Shown piece after piece: positions 21,674 to 32,054 of a DNA stretch of 64,000 bases (positions are counted from its first letter, which is position 1; the number at the start of each line of letters is the position of its first letter). Below the pieces are notes generated by a model that saw nothing but the letters and a program-made list of their open reading frames with translations, did no database searches and was not told the origin of the DNA. Position numbers and translations under genes: made by a program. Where the stretch lies: NCBI GenBank assembly GCA_043811375.1, contig JBDRNJ010000057.1, positions 3,281-67,280 of the forward strand, written 5' to 3'. Source of the DNA: a bacterium (GTDB lineage: Bacteria; Zixibacteria; MSB-5A5; GN15; FEB-12).

Positions 21674-22377
21674 CGATCCCCGGCTGCTGCCTGTGCCAGT
21701 GATACGATTTTGTCGACCTGCTGTTCGATGGTGAGATCGGTTGTATCCAGCAAATGGGCATCTTCGGCCCTGGTCAACGGGGAATGGGCTCTATTGGAAT
21801 CAAACCCATCCCGTCGCCGGATTTCCGCAACCTGTTGCTCCAGCGTGCTTTCTATACCCAGTTCGGTAAGGTCGCTCAGGCGCCGGCGGGCACGTTCGCT
21901 GATCGAGGCCTGCAGGAAGATTTTGACTTGAGCCCCGGGGAACACAACGGTGGTCGTGTCTCGCCCTTCGGTTACCAGGGAACCGTCTTTTCCCAATTGT
22001 TGCTGCCTGGCCACCATTGCCCGGCGCACCAGCCGGTGCGCTGATACTTCCGAAACATGGGCCGTTACCTCAGGGGTGCGAATTTGCCGGGAGATGTCAA
22101 CGCCGTCAATCAAGACGTGGTTGTTGCCCTGGCGGTTGTCGAAATCGAGCTTCAACTCCGAAACAGCGGCCGCCAGGCGGCGCTCGTCGGTCGGGTCGAT
22201 ACCGTTGCTGAGGGCGTAGTATGTCAGAGCTCGATACATGGCGCCGGTGTCCAGATACCGGTAACCAAGCCGCCGGGCCACCAATAGGGCAGTTGTTGAT
22301 TTGCCGGATCCGGCCGGTCCATCGATGGCGATAATCATCCCGGTCGGAAAGGTGTGATTATTTCTGTCGGCGGTCAT
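21670..22377 (-). CDS. cmk: cytidylate kinase
   Basis: IAIDGPAGSGKST, LDTGAMYRA and EGRD motifs; start uncertain. Confidence 0.95.
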   Translation of the reverse strand: MTADRNNHTFPTGMIIAIDGPAGSGKSTTALLVARRLGYRYLDTGAMYRALTYYALSNGIDPTDERRLAAAVSELKLDFDNRQGNNHVLIDGVDISRQIRTPEVTAHVSEVSAHRLVRRAMVARQQQLGKDGSLVTEGRDTTTVVFPGAQVKIFLQASISERARRRLSDLTELGIESTLEQQVAEIRRRDGFDSNRAHSPLTRAEDAHLLDTTDLTIEQQVDKIVSLAQAAAGDR

Positions 22378-22457
22378 GCCAACGATACTACTCCATGCCG
22401 GGGCTGAAGGCAATCGGAAAATATCGGTCGCTGTCGGTTAGCCGGTAGCCTGCCGAG

Positions 22458-23261
22458 TCAGGGAGAACCGACAGAATCAGCGGTAACCGGTCTGGAAGGC
22501 GGAGAGCCAAACCACCGAGTATAGATACTGTCGAAGCGCCCGCTGTCTTTGATTTCTTTTAGTGCCTGGTTTATTTTCTGAAGTTTCTCTGTGTCGCCCT
22601 TGCGAACTGCCAGGCCGTACTGCTCCTCGGACATTATCTCTCCGACGATTTTGGCGGTGCCGAGCTGCTGGACCAGAGCCTTGGTGGTCGGAAAATCGTT
22701 CAGAACAACATCGAGATTGCCGGCGGCCAGATCGTCAAATGCCTGGCCGATGTTGTCATAGGAGTACACGTGCAGACCTTCCATATCTTGTGCCATCATC
22801 TCGCCGGTAGTGCCGAGCTGAACCCCCACTTTCTTTCCTGTCAGGTCCTGCGCGCCGCTGATGCTGCTGTCTTCCAGAGGCACTGCGATTGACTGACCGG
22901 CCGTAAAATAGGCGTCGCTAAAATCAACCAGTGCCGCCCGCTTCTGAGTGATGGTCATAGCCGAGATGATGATGTCGAAGTCACCGGCTTTCAGACCGTC
23001 CACGATCTTGTCAAACGGCGTTATTACAAACTCTATTTGCCAGTCGTTAAGTCGGCTGATTTCTTTTATGAGGTCGACATCGAAACCGGCCGGCTGATTG
23101 GTGGCCGGATTGATGCTCTCAAACGGCGGGTAAGTGGCGTCGGTACCCACTTGTACAACTGAGGCTGATGTCCGGGTCTGTGATTCTTGCTCTCCCGCGC
23201 AGGCGGCCAACAGCAGCACCGTCAACAGTGCTAACGGCAGAAATCGCATTGCTCTTATCAT
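22458..23261 (-). CDS. polar amino acid ABC transporter substrate-binding lipoprotein (orphan)
   Basis: LAAC lipobox; DATYPPFE, GFDVDL and GVQLGTTG motifs. Confidence 0.88.
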   Translation of the reverse strand: MIRAMRFLPLALLTVLLLAACAGEQESQTRTSASVVQVGTDATYPPFESINPATNQPAGFDVDLIKEISRLNDWQIEFVITPFDKIVDGLKAGDFDIIISAMTITQKRAALVDFSDAYFTAGQSIAVPLEDSSISGAQDLTGKKVGVQLGTTGEMMAQDMEGLHVYSYDNIGQAFDDLAAGNLDVVLNDFPTTKALVQQLGTAKIVGEIMSEEQYGLAVRKGDTEKLQKINQALKEIKDSGRFDSIYTRWFGSPPSRPVTADSVGSP

Positions 23262-23356
23262 AATCTCCCCATGACTGATCTGTATGTTGCTTTCTGCTTT
23301 CAAGGAAACCGGATCGGTACGGCTTGTCAACTTGTTTGTCGGACGCAACCACAATG

Positions 23357-23384
23357 AAAACGGGCGGCAGAAGCCGCCCGCTTT
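23357..23384. terminator. intrinsic terminator hairpin
   Basis: CGGGCGGC-AGAA-GCCGCCCG flanked by A and T runs. Confidence 0.75.
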
Positions 23385-23407
23385 GGAATTGTCCGCAAAA
23401 TCCGCAT

Positions 23408-24307
23408 TCAGAAAAAGTCGATTGAAAGCGATCCCAGCCGATCATCAAGGTTGATTTCTATGTGATTGCCGGCGGAATCAAAACCGCTGGTCATAAAGCC
23501 ATCATCATCGCTAACCAGTCCAATACGACTGAGATAGGAGCGGTAGTCCTGCCCCAGTACCTTCAGACCAACGCCGTGGGGTACGCGCAGCCGCAAGTTG
23601 GAATCTTCGCCGGCAATATCGATTTTCACATATGGCTCGAGATCACCCAGTTTGAGGTATACCCGAGCGTCATCAGCCATCAGTTTCAGTTTCTGCAGGG
23701 GGGTCGTTGAGAGGTTGAGGTGCAAATCAGCCCCATTGCCGGTACATTCCAGATTCAACGGAATCTTTTCCGGGAACCGCAGGTACCAATCCTGGGTGTC
23801 ATCGGTGTTGATTACTATCGCCCCGCCCAGAAGACTTTGAGAACGACTGATGAAAGTAACCGTAGCTTCATTGTCTCGAACTCGGTAAGTGATTTTGGGT
23901 TTACGAGTGAAACGATCAAATCGGGCATAGAGCCCGTCCTCACCGGAGTCACGGATAGTCAGGTCGGTTTCGTCCAGTTCCAATACGGCGTGCAGAGTTT
24001 CAACGGAGGGATCAAACTCCTGTTGGTAGGTCGATGCCGAGAAAAAGTTGCCTTCGGATCCGTTCAGACTGCCGGAAGCTGCAATGAACAAACCGCCCAG
24101 GAATAATCCGACCGATGTCAGATAGGAAATGAATCGGACTCTGGTTTTGGCGAAGATTTTCTCAATACCGACGGCTATCAGCACTACCGGGAACCAGATC
24201 AGCAGGTCGGGCCAGAAGTTGTCATTAAAAACGTTGGTATTACGCAGCAGCAGCAAAACTCCCAGCAGGATTAAAAACATTCCCCATCGAAAGCGCGCCG
24301 GAGTCAT
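23408..24307 (-). CDS. LiaF/DUF5668-like membrane protein with beta-solenoid C-terminus
   Basis: WGMFLILLGVLLLL..WPVVLIAVG-type TM motif; coupled to pspC. Confidence 0.7.
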   Translation of the reverse strand: MTPARFRWGMFLILLGVLLLLRNTNVFNDNFWPDLLIWFPVVLIAVGIEKIFAKTRVRFISYLTSVGLFLGGLFIAASGSLNGSEGNFFSASTYQQEFDPSVETLHAVLELDETDLTIRDSGEDGLYARFDRFTRKPKITYRVRDNEATVTFISRSQSLLGGAIVINTDDTQDWYLRFPEKIPLNLECTGNGADLHLNLSTTPLQKLKLMADDARVYLKLGDLEPYVKIDIAGEDSNLRLRVPHGVGLKVLGQDYRSYLSRIGLVSDDDGFMTSGFDSAGNHIEINLDDRLGSLSIDFF

Positions 24308-24753
24308 GATACACCACCGTTCTGAGTGTTATTCGGCTGCCGGCAGACATCTATGGCCGGTTCCGACTCTGTTTCAGGTCGGTGGCTACGCCGGAATATC
24401 AACAGCAGTCCCACGACAACCAGGATTACCGGCCAGAACTCATCCCAGTTGAACCAGAACCAGTTTTCGCGTACCAGCAGGATGACGCCGATAGCCATGA
24501 GGATGATTCCCGGCAGGTACTTGTTCCAGGGTGTGTACTCGCGGTCGATGGGAACCGGCGCCACTTCGGGTGGCCGCATGGGGATGATAATCCAGGCGAT
24601 AATGTAAGCCAGAATCCCAAAACCGGTAGCCAGGAATAACAGGACGGTTATGACTCGTACCAGGACGGGGTCGACGTCGAAATACTCGCCCAGTCCGCCA
24701 CAGACGCCGCCGATGATCTTGCTGGTGGTGGATCGGTATAGTCGTTTATGCAT
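24304..24753 (-). CDS. pspC: PspC domain protein
   Basis: KRLYRS..KIIGGVCGGLGEYFDVDPVLVR...AYIIAWIIIP. Confidence 0.9.
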   Translation of the reverse strand: MHKRLYRSTTSKIIGGVCGGLGEYFDVDPVLVRVITVLLFLATGFGILAYIIAWIIIPMRPPEVAPVPIDREYTPWNKYLPGIILMAIGVILLVRENWFWFNWDEFWPVILVVVGLLLIFRRSHRPETESEPAIDVCRQPNNTQNGGVS

Positions 24754-24845
24754 ACCAACTCCTTGCAGGTGGCTATTAGTCTTCTGGAGAAAATATACGG
24801 TTTAGCCGGGCAAAAGTTGTTTCAAAAATTCCGGCGCAGGTAGTC

Positions 24846-24905
24846 GACGGCTAAAAAAGCAGACGGCTAAAAAAGCATTGACAGTCACCTGAAAACAGAT
24901 ATACT
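24846..24905 (+). promoter_or_regulatory. sigma70 promoter of tRNA-Asn with duplicated upstream A-tract
   Basis: TTGACA (24878) - 16 bp - TATACT (24900); preceded by an exact tandem GACGGCTAAAAAAGCA x2. Confidence 0.75.
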
Positions 24906-24936
24906 GAAAGTTGTTTTTTAGAGGTTTCGACTGTAC

Positions 24937-25009
24937 TCCCGTGTAGCTCAGTTGGTAGAGCAGCTGACTGTTAATCAGCGGGTCGCTGGTTCAAGTCCAG
25001 CCGCGGGAG
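24937..25009 (+). tRNA. tRNA-Asn(GTT)
   Basis: Cloverleaf: TCCCGTG/CGCGGGA acceptor, GCTGA-CTGTTAA-TCAGC anticodon arm, GCTGG-TTCAAGT-CCAGC T arm; CCA not encoded (CTA follows). Confidence 0.97.
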
Positions 25010-25266
25010 CTATTTGATACTCTTTTCGAACTCCATTACCCAAGAACATATATCAGCGACTGGGACTCATCCCGATCCAGCCATGTAACCCGCCTTTTGG
25101 TTGCAGGTTAGCGGAGCGCCGCTTGACCCGACAAGTGGCCTGCATCCCTGGTCCTCGTCGCGTACTGGCCACGAACCGGTGGAAACCGCGCCTAAATGGC
25201 CAATGATCTCGATTCCTGTGACTTAGATCAAGATCTCAGAACGGACCCGAATGCGGTTGCTCTGCC

Positions 25267-25353
25267 TACCGTGCCTCAACAAAGTGGAATCAGGTCGCTG
25301 AAGTGTGACTTAACTTAAGCCACCCCACTGTCCACTTTGTTTGAAGACGTACA
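25267..25353. mobile_element. IS3-family end / miniature inverted-repeat remnant
   Basis: TGTACGTCTTCAAACAAAGTGGACA on the minus strand (25353-25329) nearly matches 56684-56708; a degenerate inverted copy ..CTCAACAAAGTGGA lies near 25275. Confidence 0.65.
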
Positions 25354-25437
25354 GTCAAACAACAATCGTCGTCCATTTGCCAGGTTCACAAGACACGTAT
25401 CCGCGTTACCGAGTGGATAGAATGTCATTTTATGCAT
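25315..25437 (-). pseudogene. truncated ComEC/MBL-fold hydrolase N-terminus
   Basis: GAGGAGG RBS, then MHKMTFYPLGNADTCLVNLANGRRLLFD (MBL strands 1-3), ending exactly at the IS inverted repeat. Confidence 0.7.
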
Positions 25438-25491
25438 AAGATTCCTCCTCAGAAATGAAGGACGTTTGCCTGATGAGGAAATGCGGTCTAA

Positions 25492-28400
25492 TCATTGCAG
25501 CTTGAACCCATCCTTCAGGTCTTCCAATAGCTTATTGATTTCTTTAGTCGCCTCTTCGGGCGGTACTTCCTTGCCGTCGCCAAATGTGATTTGAACCCGG
25601 AATTGCAGCGGTATATTGCTCTTGGTCTTGATCTCAAGCAGTTGCGGGATGATATCGCCTAAATCCTGAATCTGGGACGGTTCAAGCTCCGCAGCTGCCA
25701 CAAGGCTCTTGGAGGGCACGCCCGCTCTTCCAACACCGCCGGTGCCCCCGGCTCCTGCGCCGGCACCGGCTGCTACTTGGAGCTTAACGGATTGGGCGTT
25801 TGCGTAGTCACATGGCCATTCTGTGGAACCGTCGCCCAACTCTATCCAACGAGCGTTAATCGAAGCGGATATGACGTCCTTCACAGTCTTCCAGGGCAGA
25901 TTCTGGCCAATCTTCTGAGACACGGCTGTCGCGATGGAGAACGCTGTTGCTTTATTGTCCTTCCATCCGCCAGGTAAATTTTCAGGAAGGATTTCCGCGG
26001 CAGGGGGCGGACTTGGCGGCATATGGAGCTTGGCTTCCGCAGTCAGAATTCCAGACGGAATCTCTTCGGCGAGAATGCTCGCTGGTCCGTTTAGTAGCCA
26101 CAGGCTTCCAGCTTCTACTGCCGCGCTCACAGCCGATTCCACTGCCTCCTGGCTTGCTTTGGGAATGTGCATAGGCTCTTGGTAGCCATTACGCTGAACT
26201 TGAACCATATTCGAGCCACCAAAATAGTCTGTAACATCTCTAACTTGTATTTCATCAGTAGGCCAAAGGCCGGGCAGTTTATCCTTAATCAAAAGATATG
26301 AAGGTACATCTGCCAATTCAGCTGCCTCAGAGAGAACCAGCTCCAATGCCGGATCGGACAGCGCATTCTCGTCTGGTCGTACAAACCACCACGTCCGGAA
26401 TGATCCATCGGGGCGTGTTAGTCTCAAGACAAACGAACCCTGCTCACACCCGTCTACAAGCGTGTCGAGGATTGCTCGGGCTTGTAGCATCTTGGGAAGG
26501 TGGGGCAACTGTGCAAAGGCTCCGGAGAGATCCTTTACGCGCCGTGATGTTTCACCTTCCCGCCAGAGATCATATGGTCCATCCGGCAGTAAGGCTTCGG
26601 CGGTGATTGCGGAATCTTGCACTCGTGATCGTTGGTCGTTCTTGACGATAGAGAAGTGAAGTTCCTCTGTCACATTGATCTTGAATGCTTGGGTTTCATC
26701 CTTCTCCGAAACGGTTACAACAATGCAATACGCTTGTTTGATCGATTCCGGAACGCGGCCCTTTGCCTTCTGGATGTTTATCGTGAGGGACTGCATTCGC
26801 GCCGGATCAAGATCACCTTCCTTCTCCTGCTCTTTCAGCTCACCGTACACCTGCTCCCATGCCAAGTGCTCTCGGACCCTTAAAGAGGCAACATCAACGC
26901 CATCATGTGATGGTGTCAGAAGTAGCACTGCATTTCTGTAGACCCTCGGCTTGTCCGAACCGGTTGTTTCATCGAGGAATCGCTTTGCTTCTGGACTTGG
27001 TTTACCGGAGTCAGAAGCGGCGCTCGGCCCCAGTACAGCGTAATGAAAGTGTCCGTCATCTTCAATGTCGCGGGGGCGGGCGGGCAGATTGTGAACCTTC
27101 ACACCGGCGGCTGAGGCACCCGATACGAGTGACTTTGCCTTGCCGATTTCATCGAGCAGTCTCGCACGCACGATGTCGTCAGAAATACGACTCGCGGCAA
27201 CGTTGTGCATTTGCACTAGGTTTGGGCGATTACCAAGGCGCCAGGTGTTTGGAAGCTCATTCTCATTGACCCCTGTGTATCGATCATCAAGCCAATGGCT
27301 AACCTGTGCCCACCGTTTCAATCCTTTTTCCAACTCTATTTTATCCGGACGTGTCGGCCCGAGCAACAGGACAAGATCCCGCGTGCGCACACTCTGACCA
27401 ATCGGCTGTGAGTGCAAAAAGGTCGCCATGACCGCCTGTTCGATCTCACGGAAGGGAAGACCTACGGCTTCCTTTTGGATGTCTCTGGCTCTTAATAATT
27501 CGCCCTCAATAATTCCCGTCCACGCCTGCTTCTTGCCTTCATGTCCTTCTGTATCTGCAATCGTAACCAGCTCGCGAGTCGCCTCGGCAATACCTTCTCT
27601 GTCCGGTGCGTTCAGGAACACAGCGGGACCAACTATCGGACTCTGGTCCCACTTCTCTGCTCCCCTGAGTGCAAGGGCGAATGTGCGTAAAACACCGCGT
27701 GCCCGCTGGAACCGATCAAGCTGGGTCCACTTGGTGTAGAAAACTTCGGTAAGGTCAGGGTGGAATGGGTAGCTCTTTACGAATCTCTCTTCGGCCTCAG
27801 CACCCTGTTTAGCGGTCTGCTCGTCAACTGCAAATATGCCCTTGAGCGCTGCCTGCACGTGCTGCCGAAATACTTCTTTGTCTTTCAACGATTCCGGAGT
27901 GAAGAACCGTCTTCTGAGCAGTTCCGCGACATCTTCCTTTACAACGGGTTCAACAGCTTCCTCGCGCTGTCTTTGGAATATGTCGTATAGATCACCCTGC
28001 AGCTGACGCCCAAAAGCATCTGCTTTCTTTGGATCACTCGCTAGAAGTGATGCCACTATGCAGCAACGGTCAACTTTCGCCGCTGCCTGGGTCAGGTACT
28101 GGAAAAAGTTGACTATGCGGTCTTGCCACTGCCTGTCCATCCCGGCCTTTTCACGAACATAAACCAGAACTTCGTCGATCAAGATCAAAACGCCAAGGCC
28201 ATCCTTGGTGGGTATTTCGAGAAGTTCCAACAGCAGATTCTCAGCAGGCGCGCTTTCACGTTCCTCAGCCTTCTCTTCCGGATGAAGGAGCTTCAGGCCG
28301 TCATCGCCGGCTAGCTGATAAGCCAAAATACTCCACGGGTGTTTTAGCGTGCGAACCTTACCGTCCGAGCCTACAACAGACATACCCTTTTCAACATCCA

Positions 28401-28815
28401 GCTTATCAAAGCAGAGCGCGACCACCCTGGCCTTTGGAAGGGGCTGGCCAATCGCCTCTTTGAATTCAGCAACCGATGGCAAATCTGGAAGGTTGTCCGG
28501 ATCGTGCACAAGATGGCGAAGTGTGATAAGAGTATGAGTCTTACCACCGCCGTAAGTCAATTCGAGCTGGCGAATGGCTTTGTCGTTCTTGCCGGCTACC
28601 CGAAGAACAACATCTCGTACAAGCTGACGCAGATTATAAGTCGGGTATGTGAGGGCAAAGAACTCTTTTGGATCCTCATAGACCTTCCGCTTGCCACTCT
28701 GCATCATGACCTCGTAGAGATCAGCGGCAAACATATTCAGCGTGAGCTTGCCTGATCTCAGCTCATCCCGCAGCTTTACTACTTCGTGCCAACTTTTCCA
28801 AGGTAACTTTGCCAT
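25492..28815 (-). CDS. DUF499 family AAA+ ATPase
   Basis: MFAADL, FFALTYPT, Walker A YGGGKTH, Walker B ILIDE, SYPFHP and FQRARGVLR motifs. Confidence 0.9.
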   Translation of the reverse strand: MAKLPWKSWHEVVKLRDELRSGKLTLNMFAADLYEVMMQSGKRKVYEDPKEFFALTYPTYNLRQLVRDVVLRVAGKNDKAIRQLELTYGGGKTHTLITLRHLVHDPDNLPDLPSVAEFKEAIGQPLPKARVVALCFDKLDVEKGMSVVGSDGKVRTLKHPWSILAYQLAGDDGLKLLHPEEKAEERESAPAENLLLELLEIPTKDGLGVLILIDEVLVYVREKAGMDRQWQDRIVNFFQYLTQAAAKVDRCCIVASLLASDPKKADAFGRQLQGDLYDIFQRQREEAVEPVVKEDVAELLRRRFFTPESLKDKEVFRQHVQAALKGIFAVDEQTAKQGAEAEERFVKSYPFHPDLTEVFYTKWTQLDRFQRARGVLRTFALALRGAEKWDQSPIVGPAVFLNAPDREGIAEATRELVTIADTEGHEGKKQAWTGIIEGELLRARDIQKEAVGLPFREIEQAVMATFLHSQPIGQSVRTRDLVLLLGPTRPDKIELEKGLKRWAQVSHWLDDRYTGVNENELPNTWRLGNRPNLVQMHNVAASRISDDIVRARLLDEIGKAKSLVSGASAAGVKVHNLPARPRDIEDDGHFHYAVLGPSAASDSGKPSPEAKRFLDETTGSDKPRVYRNAVLLLTPSHDGVDVASLRVREHLAWEQVYGELKEQEKEGDLDPARMQSLTINIQKAKGRVPESIKQAYCIVVTVSEKDETQAFKINVTEELHFSIVKNDQRSRVQDSAITAEALLPDGPYDLWREGETSRRVKDLSGAFAQLPHLPKMLQARAILDTLVDGCEQGSFVLRLTRPDGSFRTWWFVRPDENALSDPALELVLSEAAELADVPSYLLIKDKLPGLWPTDEIQVRDVTDYFGGSNMVQVQRNGYQEPMHIPKASQEAVESAVSAAVEAGSLWLLNGPASILAEEIPSGILTAEAKLHMPPSPPPAAEILPENLPGGWKDNKATAFSIATAVSQKIGQNLPWKTVKDVISASINARWIELGDGSTEWPCDYANAQSVKLQVAAGAGAGAGGTGGVGRAGVPSKSLVAAAELEPSQIQDLGDIIPQLLEIKTKSNIPLQFRVQITFGDGKEVPPEEATKEINKLLEDLKDGFKLQ

Positions 28816-28816
28816 A

Positions 28817-31800
28817 TCAATTATCTCCTAAACCCATTGGGTAATGAATGTCTTTCGGTGCACCTTTTGCCTGAACATGGTTACTGAGGCTTTCCAGTAT
28901 CGAGCGTTCCGAAGAGCCTTCCGGTGAAAGTTCGATAAACGATTGGAGTAGTCGCTTGAAAAGCTCTTGCCTTCGAAGTCCATTGTCATCAATGTAGTCA
29001 TCTACTTTCTGAACATCCCCCGCCTTCCAAAGGTGCATGAGACGATGTATCCGATCTATTAGGGGCACAGGCTTCCCAGCGGGGGCCTCGTATCCCATTG
29101 TACGCCCCTTTCGATGTGCCCAAGTCTTCAGCTTTACAGTGCTTCCTGATCCGGATTCCGAATCAGACTCCGCATCGGGATCACTGTTCTCTTCATCATC
29201 ATTGGATGACGCTTTGCCACCAGTTCGTGCAAGTAAATCCCAAGTCGTTTCAAGATCGCGATCGGATAGTCCACAAGAGACTGCGTATAAGATACAGGTT
29301 CCGGATGGCGCCTCTTCCATACCAAAATCATGCCGATGCAAGAGATAATATGCAGTTGGTTCATCGAGTCTATCCACCGCGGCCATATCCGCCCCCTGGC
29401 TATCGCCAGCCAAAACTTGCCCGACGACAAAATCAACTACCATCCGGCGCACGTGATTTAAGAACTCGCCAACAGTCATTACCTCACCTGGTGAATTTGC
29501 TTTCTTAACAATGGGATGCTTACTATAAGCCTCCATCGCAGGCCCTGTTGCAGCCCAAACGAAGTCCGGGCCTCTGATTCCGGCATCCCAAAATTCACGG
29601 AGATTCTCAGTAATGTTGTATCGCATTTCCTCAAGCACTTTATTGTCCCAACCTGGTTTTGCCTCAATGGGTCTCTTTTTGCAGACAAGCCAAACCGACG
29701 ATGCAAGGGATGCTGTGGTAATTGCATTGGTCCTCACTCCACGCTCAGTCTGAATTGGCCAGCTTCCATTGACTACGAATCCCGCCTTGATAATTGACCC
29801 TGCCAACGCCTCCCACGCGTCAGGCTGCTTATGCGCAAACACGACAACCATTCTGCCATGTGCAGACAGAGCATTATTACAGACATTAAACGCTTTGGCC
29901 ATTCCTTCTTCATAGGCTCGTTTAGATTGCTTGCGATTGCCTTCATAAGCACCAGGATCGTCGATCAACTCTCCATCTGCTTCTGATGCATCCCAATTGG
30001 GACTTAGTTCAATATTGTTCTCAGATTCTGAATCATTGTCCCTGTGAGACGTCCGTTTCATCCAGACGTAAAAGAAATCCATCAAATCAGCGTATGGTAT
30101 GGCGTCGTAATAGGGTGGATCAGTGAATACGAAGTCGGCTTGTTTTTGATTACGATATTTTAGCACCGATCTACAATCGACATTACAAACTGAAGATTGT
30201 TTGGTTGCCTCGAGGATATTTGATAATGCCATTACGGTCCATTCAAGAGCTCCCAAGAAACATCCAGCAGAGTTACCGATGGGGTTTGTTTCACAGAAAT
30301 CCCAAGTCCATGAAAATGCAAACCTCGCAAATGTTCCTCGAATGGCTTCGAGACCAAGTATCCAAGTCGCCAAAGCACTTCCGTAGTCAGCTGTTTTGTC
30401 AATAATTAGAGTAAGGTATTTTTCTATTGCTTCGTTCCAGTCTTTCGAATAACCGCAATCGCTTCTTTCATTTTGTGAATCCCGGACGCTTTTCAATAGG
30501 GCAGCCAAAGCAAGAAGTTGCCGATTTGTAAATAGCTCTCGCCAAGTCTTAAGCCCGTAACCAGGTAATTGTGAACCTACCGCCCTATGTCGGTCTGCGC
30601 TTGGGAGCGGTTCGTCCGGGACTCCATACGGAATATGAGAGTAGGCATTTTCAATGTGCTGGTCACTTACAACAGCAACATCTATCTCGTGCTCCGTGAA
30701 CCGCCGATACTCCTTCCCATTATTACCATTCACAACTACCGCAAGGGGGATTGTACCCATAGCTTTGTTCCGACCAATTACCTTCATATCCTGAGTTGTC
30801 ATGATCGTGCCGCAGCAAGGACACTTAGTACCAGATCGCGACATTGTCCCCGACCCTATTCGCTTGTCATGTTCTCGCTTCTGAGCAGCATTACCGCCCT
30901 TTATTGGCACATTCTGATTGATGCTAAAGGTGACACCGGTGTTATCGTTGTTACGCTGCATTTCAAGCAATACCCGTTTCCTGTCCTTCTTGCAAAGCCA
31001 GAGTGTTTTGAGGAGTGGGATTTCTGCGCGACAGTTCTTACACGTCACTGTTCGAGCCCAAAGATACGCCACTGGCGGCTTAGACACCCATCTGGGATTT
31101 TTCTTATCCTCCAAGTACTTTTTGTCAAATCGTTCATTCAACGAGTCTATATCAGTCGTACCATCATCCTTTAGTGGGACCAGCTTCATGGACTGCTTTT
31201 CGTAGGGTTTGGCTTTCTTCTTATCCAACGGCTCGAAATCCGCATATGTCGGGTAATACTCTACGAGTTCCTGGCGCGCCTGGGACAACACCCAATGTCC
31301 CCATGCCCTCACATGCCAAGCCAAATCAGCCTTTGGTACACGTCCCGAATCTGGTCTGTCGAATAGACCAGGCTTGTTTTTTTCATTCTCGATCTGCTTT
31401 TTTGTCTTTCTTGTTCGATCTCGCAGGTGAGGATGAGCCCTGTAAAAGGCCTCCATAAAGTCATCATCTTCGAGGATGAAGACCGGTAAAGGGTGTGTTC
31501 TTCCGGCCAGTTTCTGGGGATATTCCAGAGTACACTTCAGGATGAACCACGCCACCGGATTTATATCTACAGCGGTCGCTTCGCACCCCAACCTCATCGC
31601 CTCAAGCGGAATCGCCCCACCACCAGCAAAGGGATCGAGCACCTTTGGTGCTCTGCCGTCATATGCTTCGCGTATCTTCTGCCTAAACCAAGCCAGATCC
31701 TCAGCATTCTCGGTCTCACGCTTCCAGTGAAGGATGCCGCCTTCGGTTTCTTCCTTGATCCTCTCAACGACACGCCCATTTGGCATGCGTTTCTTTTCGA

Positions 31801-32038
31801 CCTTCTTAACGACTTTACCACCGATCTTCTCACACAACTTCTGCCGTTCCTCTGGCGTTCCAGGATCAGGCAACAACGTAGCAATCAGAGCCGCCCGGCA
31901 AGCTGCCAATGGGCGGCGCGCAGGCCAGATATGAAGGGTTGATATGTGTCCGTGACGAACATTCTTTTCATGCACCGAATCAAGTGATGCCTGCTTCAGC
32001 GGAAAGGCATGCTCAATTAACCTTGGCTTATCTTCCAT
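28817..32038 (-). CDS. DUF1156 family DNA adenine methyltransferase
   Basis: LHIWPARRPLAACRA, VLDPFAGGGAIPLEA (motif I), FTDPPYYD (motif IV) and zinc-ribbon CxxC pairs. Confidence 0.9.
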   Translation of the reverse strand: MEDKPRLIEHAFPLKQASLDSVHEKNVRHGHISTLHIWPARRPLAACRAALIATLLPDPGTPEERQKLCEKIGGKVVKKVEKKRMPNGRVVERIKEETEGGILHWKRETENAEDLAWFRQKIREAYDGRAPKVLDPFAGGGAIPLEAMRLGCEATAVDINPVAWFILKCTLEYPQKLAGRTHPLPVFILEDDDFMEAFYRAHPHLRDRTRKTKKQIENEKNKPGLFDRPDSGRVPKADLAWHVRAWGHWVLSQARQELVEYYPTYADFEPLDKKKAKPYEKQSMKLVPLKDDGTTDIDSLNERFDKKYLEDKKNPRWVSKPPVAYLWARTVTCKNCRAEIPLLKTLWLCKKDRKRVLLEMQRNNDNTGVTFSINQNVPIKGGNAAQKREHDKRIGSGTMSRSGTKCPCCGTIMTTQDMKVIGRNKAMGTIPLAVVVNGNNGKEYRRFTEHEIDVAVVSDQHIENAYSHIPYGVPDEPLPSADRHRAVGSQLPGYGLKTWRELFTNRQLLALAALLKSVRDSQNERSDCGYSKDWNEAIEKYLTLIIDKTADYGSALATWILGLEAIRGTFARFAFSWTWDFCETNPIGNSAGCFLGALEWTVMALSNILEATKQSSVCNVDCRSVLKYRNQKQADFVFTDPPYYDAIPYADLMDFFYVWMKRTSHRDNDSESENNIELSPNWDASEADGELIDDPGAYEGNRKQSKRAYEEGMAKAFNVCNNALSAHGRMVVVFAHKQPDAWEALAGSIIKAGFVVNGSWPIQTERGVRTNAITTASLASSVWLVCKKRPIEAKPGWDNKVLEEMRYNITENLREFWDAGIRGPDFVWAATGPAMEAYSKHPIVKKANSPGEVMTVGEFLNHVRRMVVDFVVGQVLAGDSQGADMAAVDRLDEPTAYYLLHRHDFGMEEAPSGTCILYAVSCGLSDRDLETTWDLLARTGGKASSNDDEENSDPDAESDSESGSGSTVKLKTWAHRKGRTMGYEAPAGKPVPLIDRIHRLMHLWKAGDVQKVDDYIDDNGLRRQELFKRLLQSFIELSPEGSSERSILESLSNHVQAKGAPKDIHYPMGLGDN

Positions 32039-32054
32039 CTATAGTCTCCAGTTC

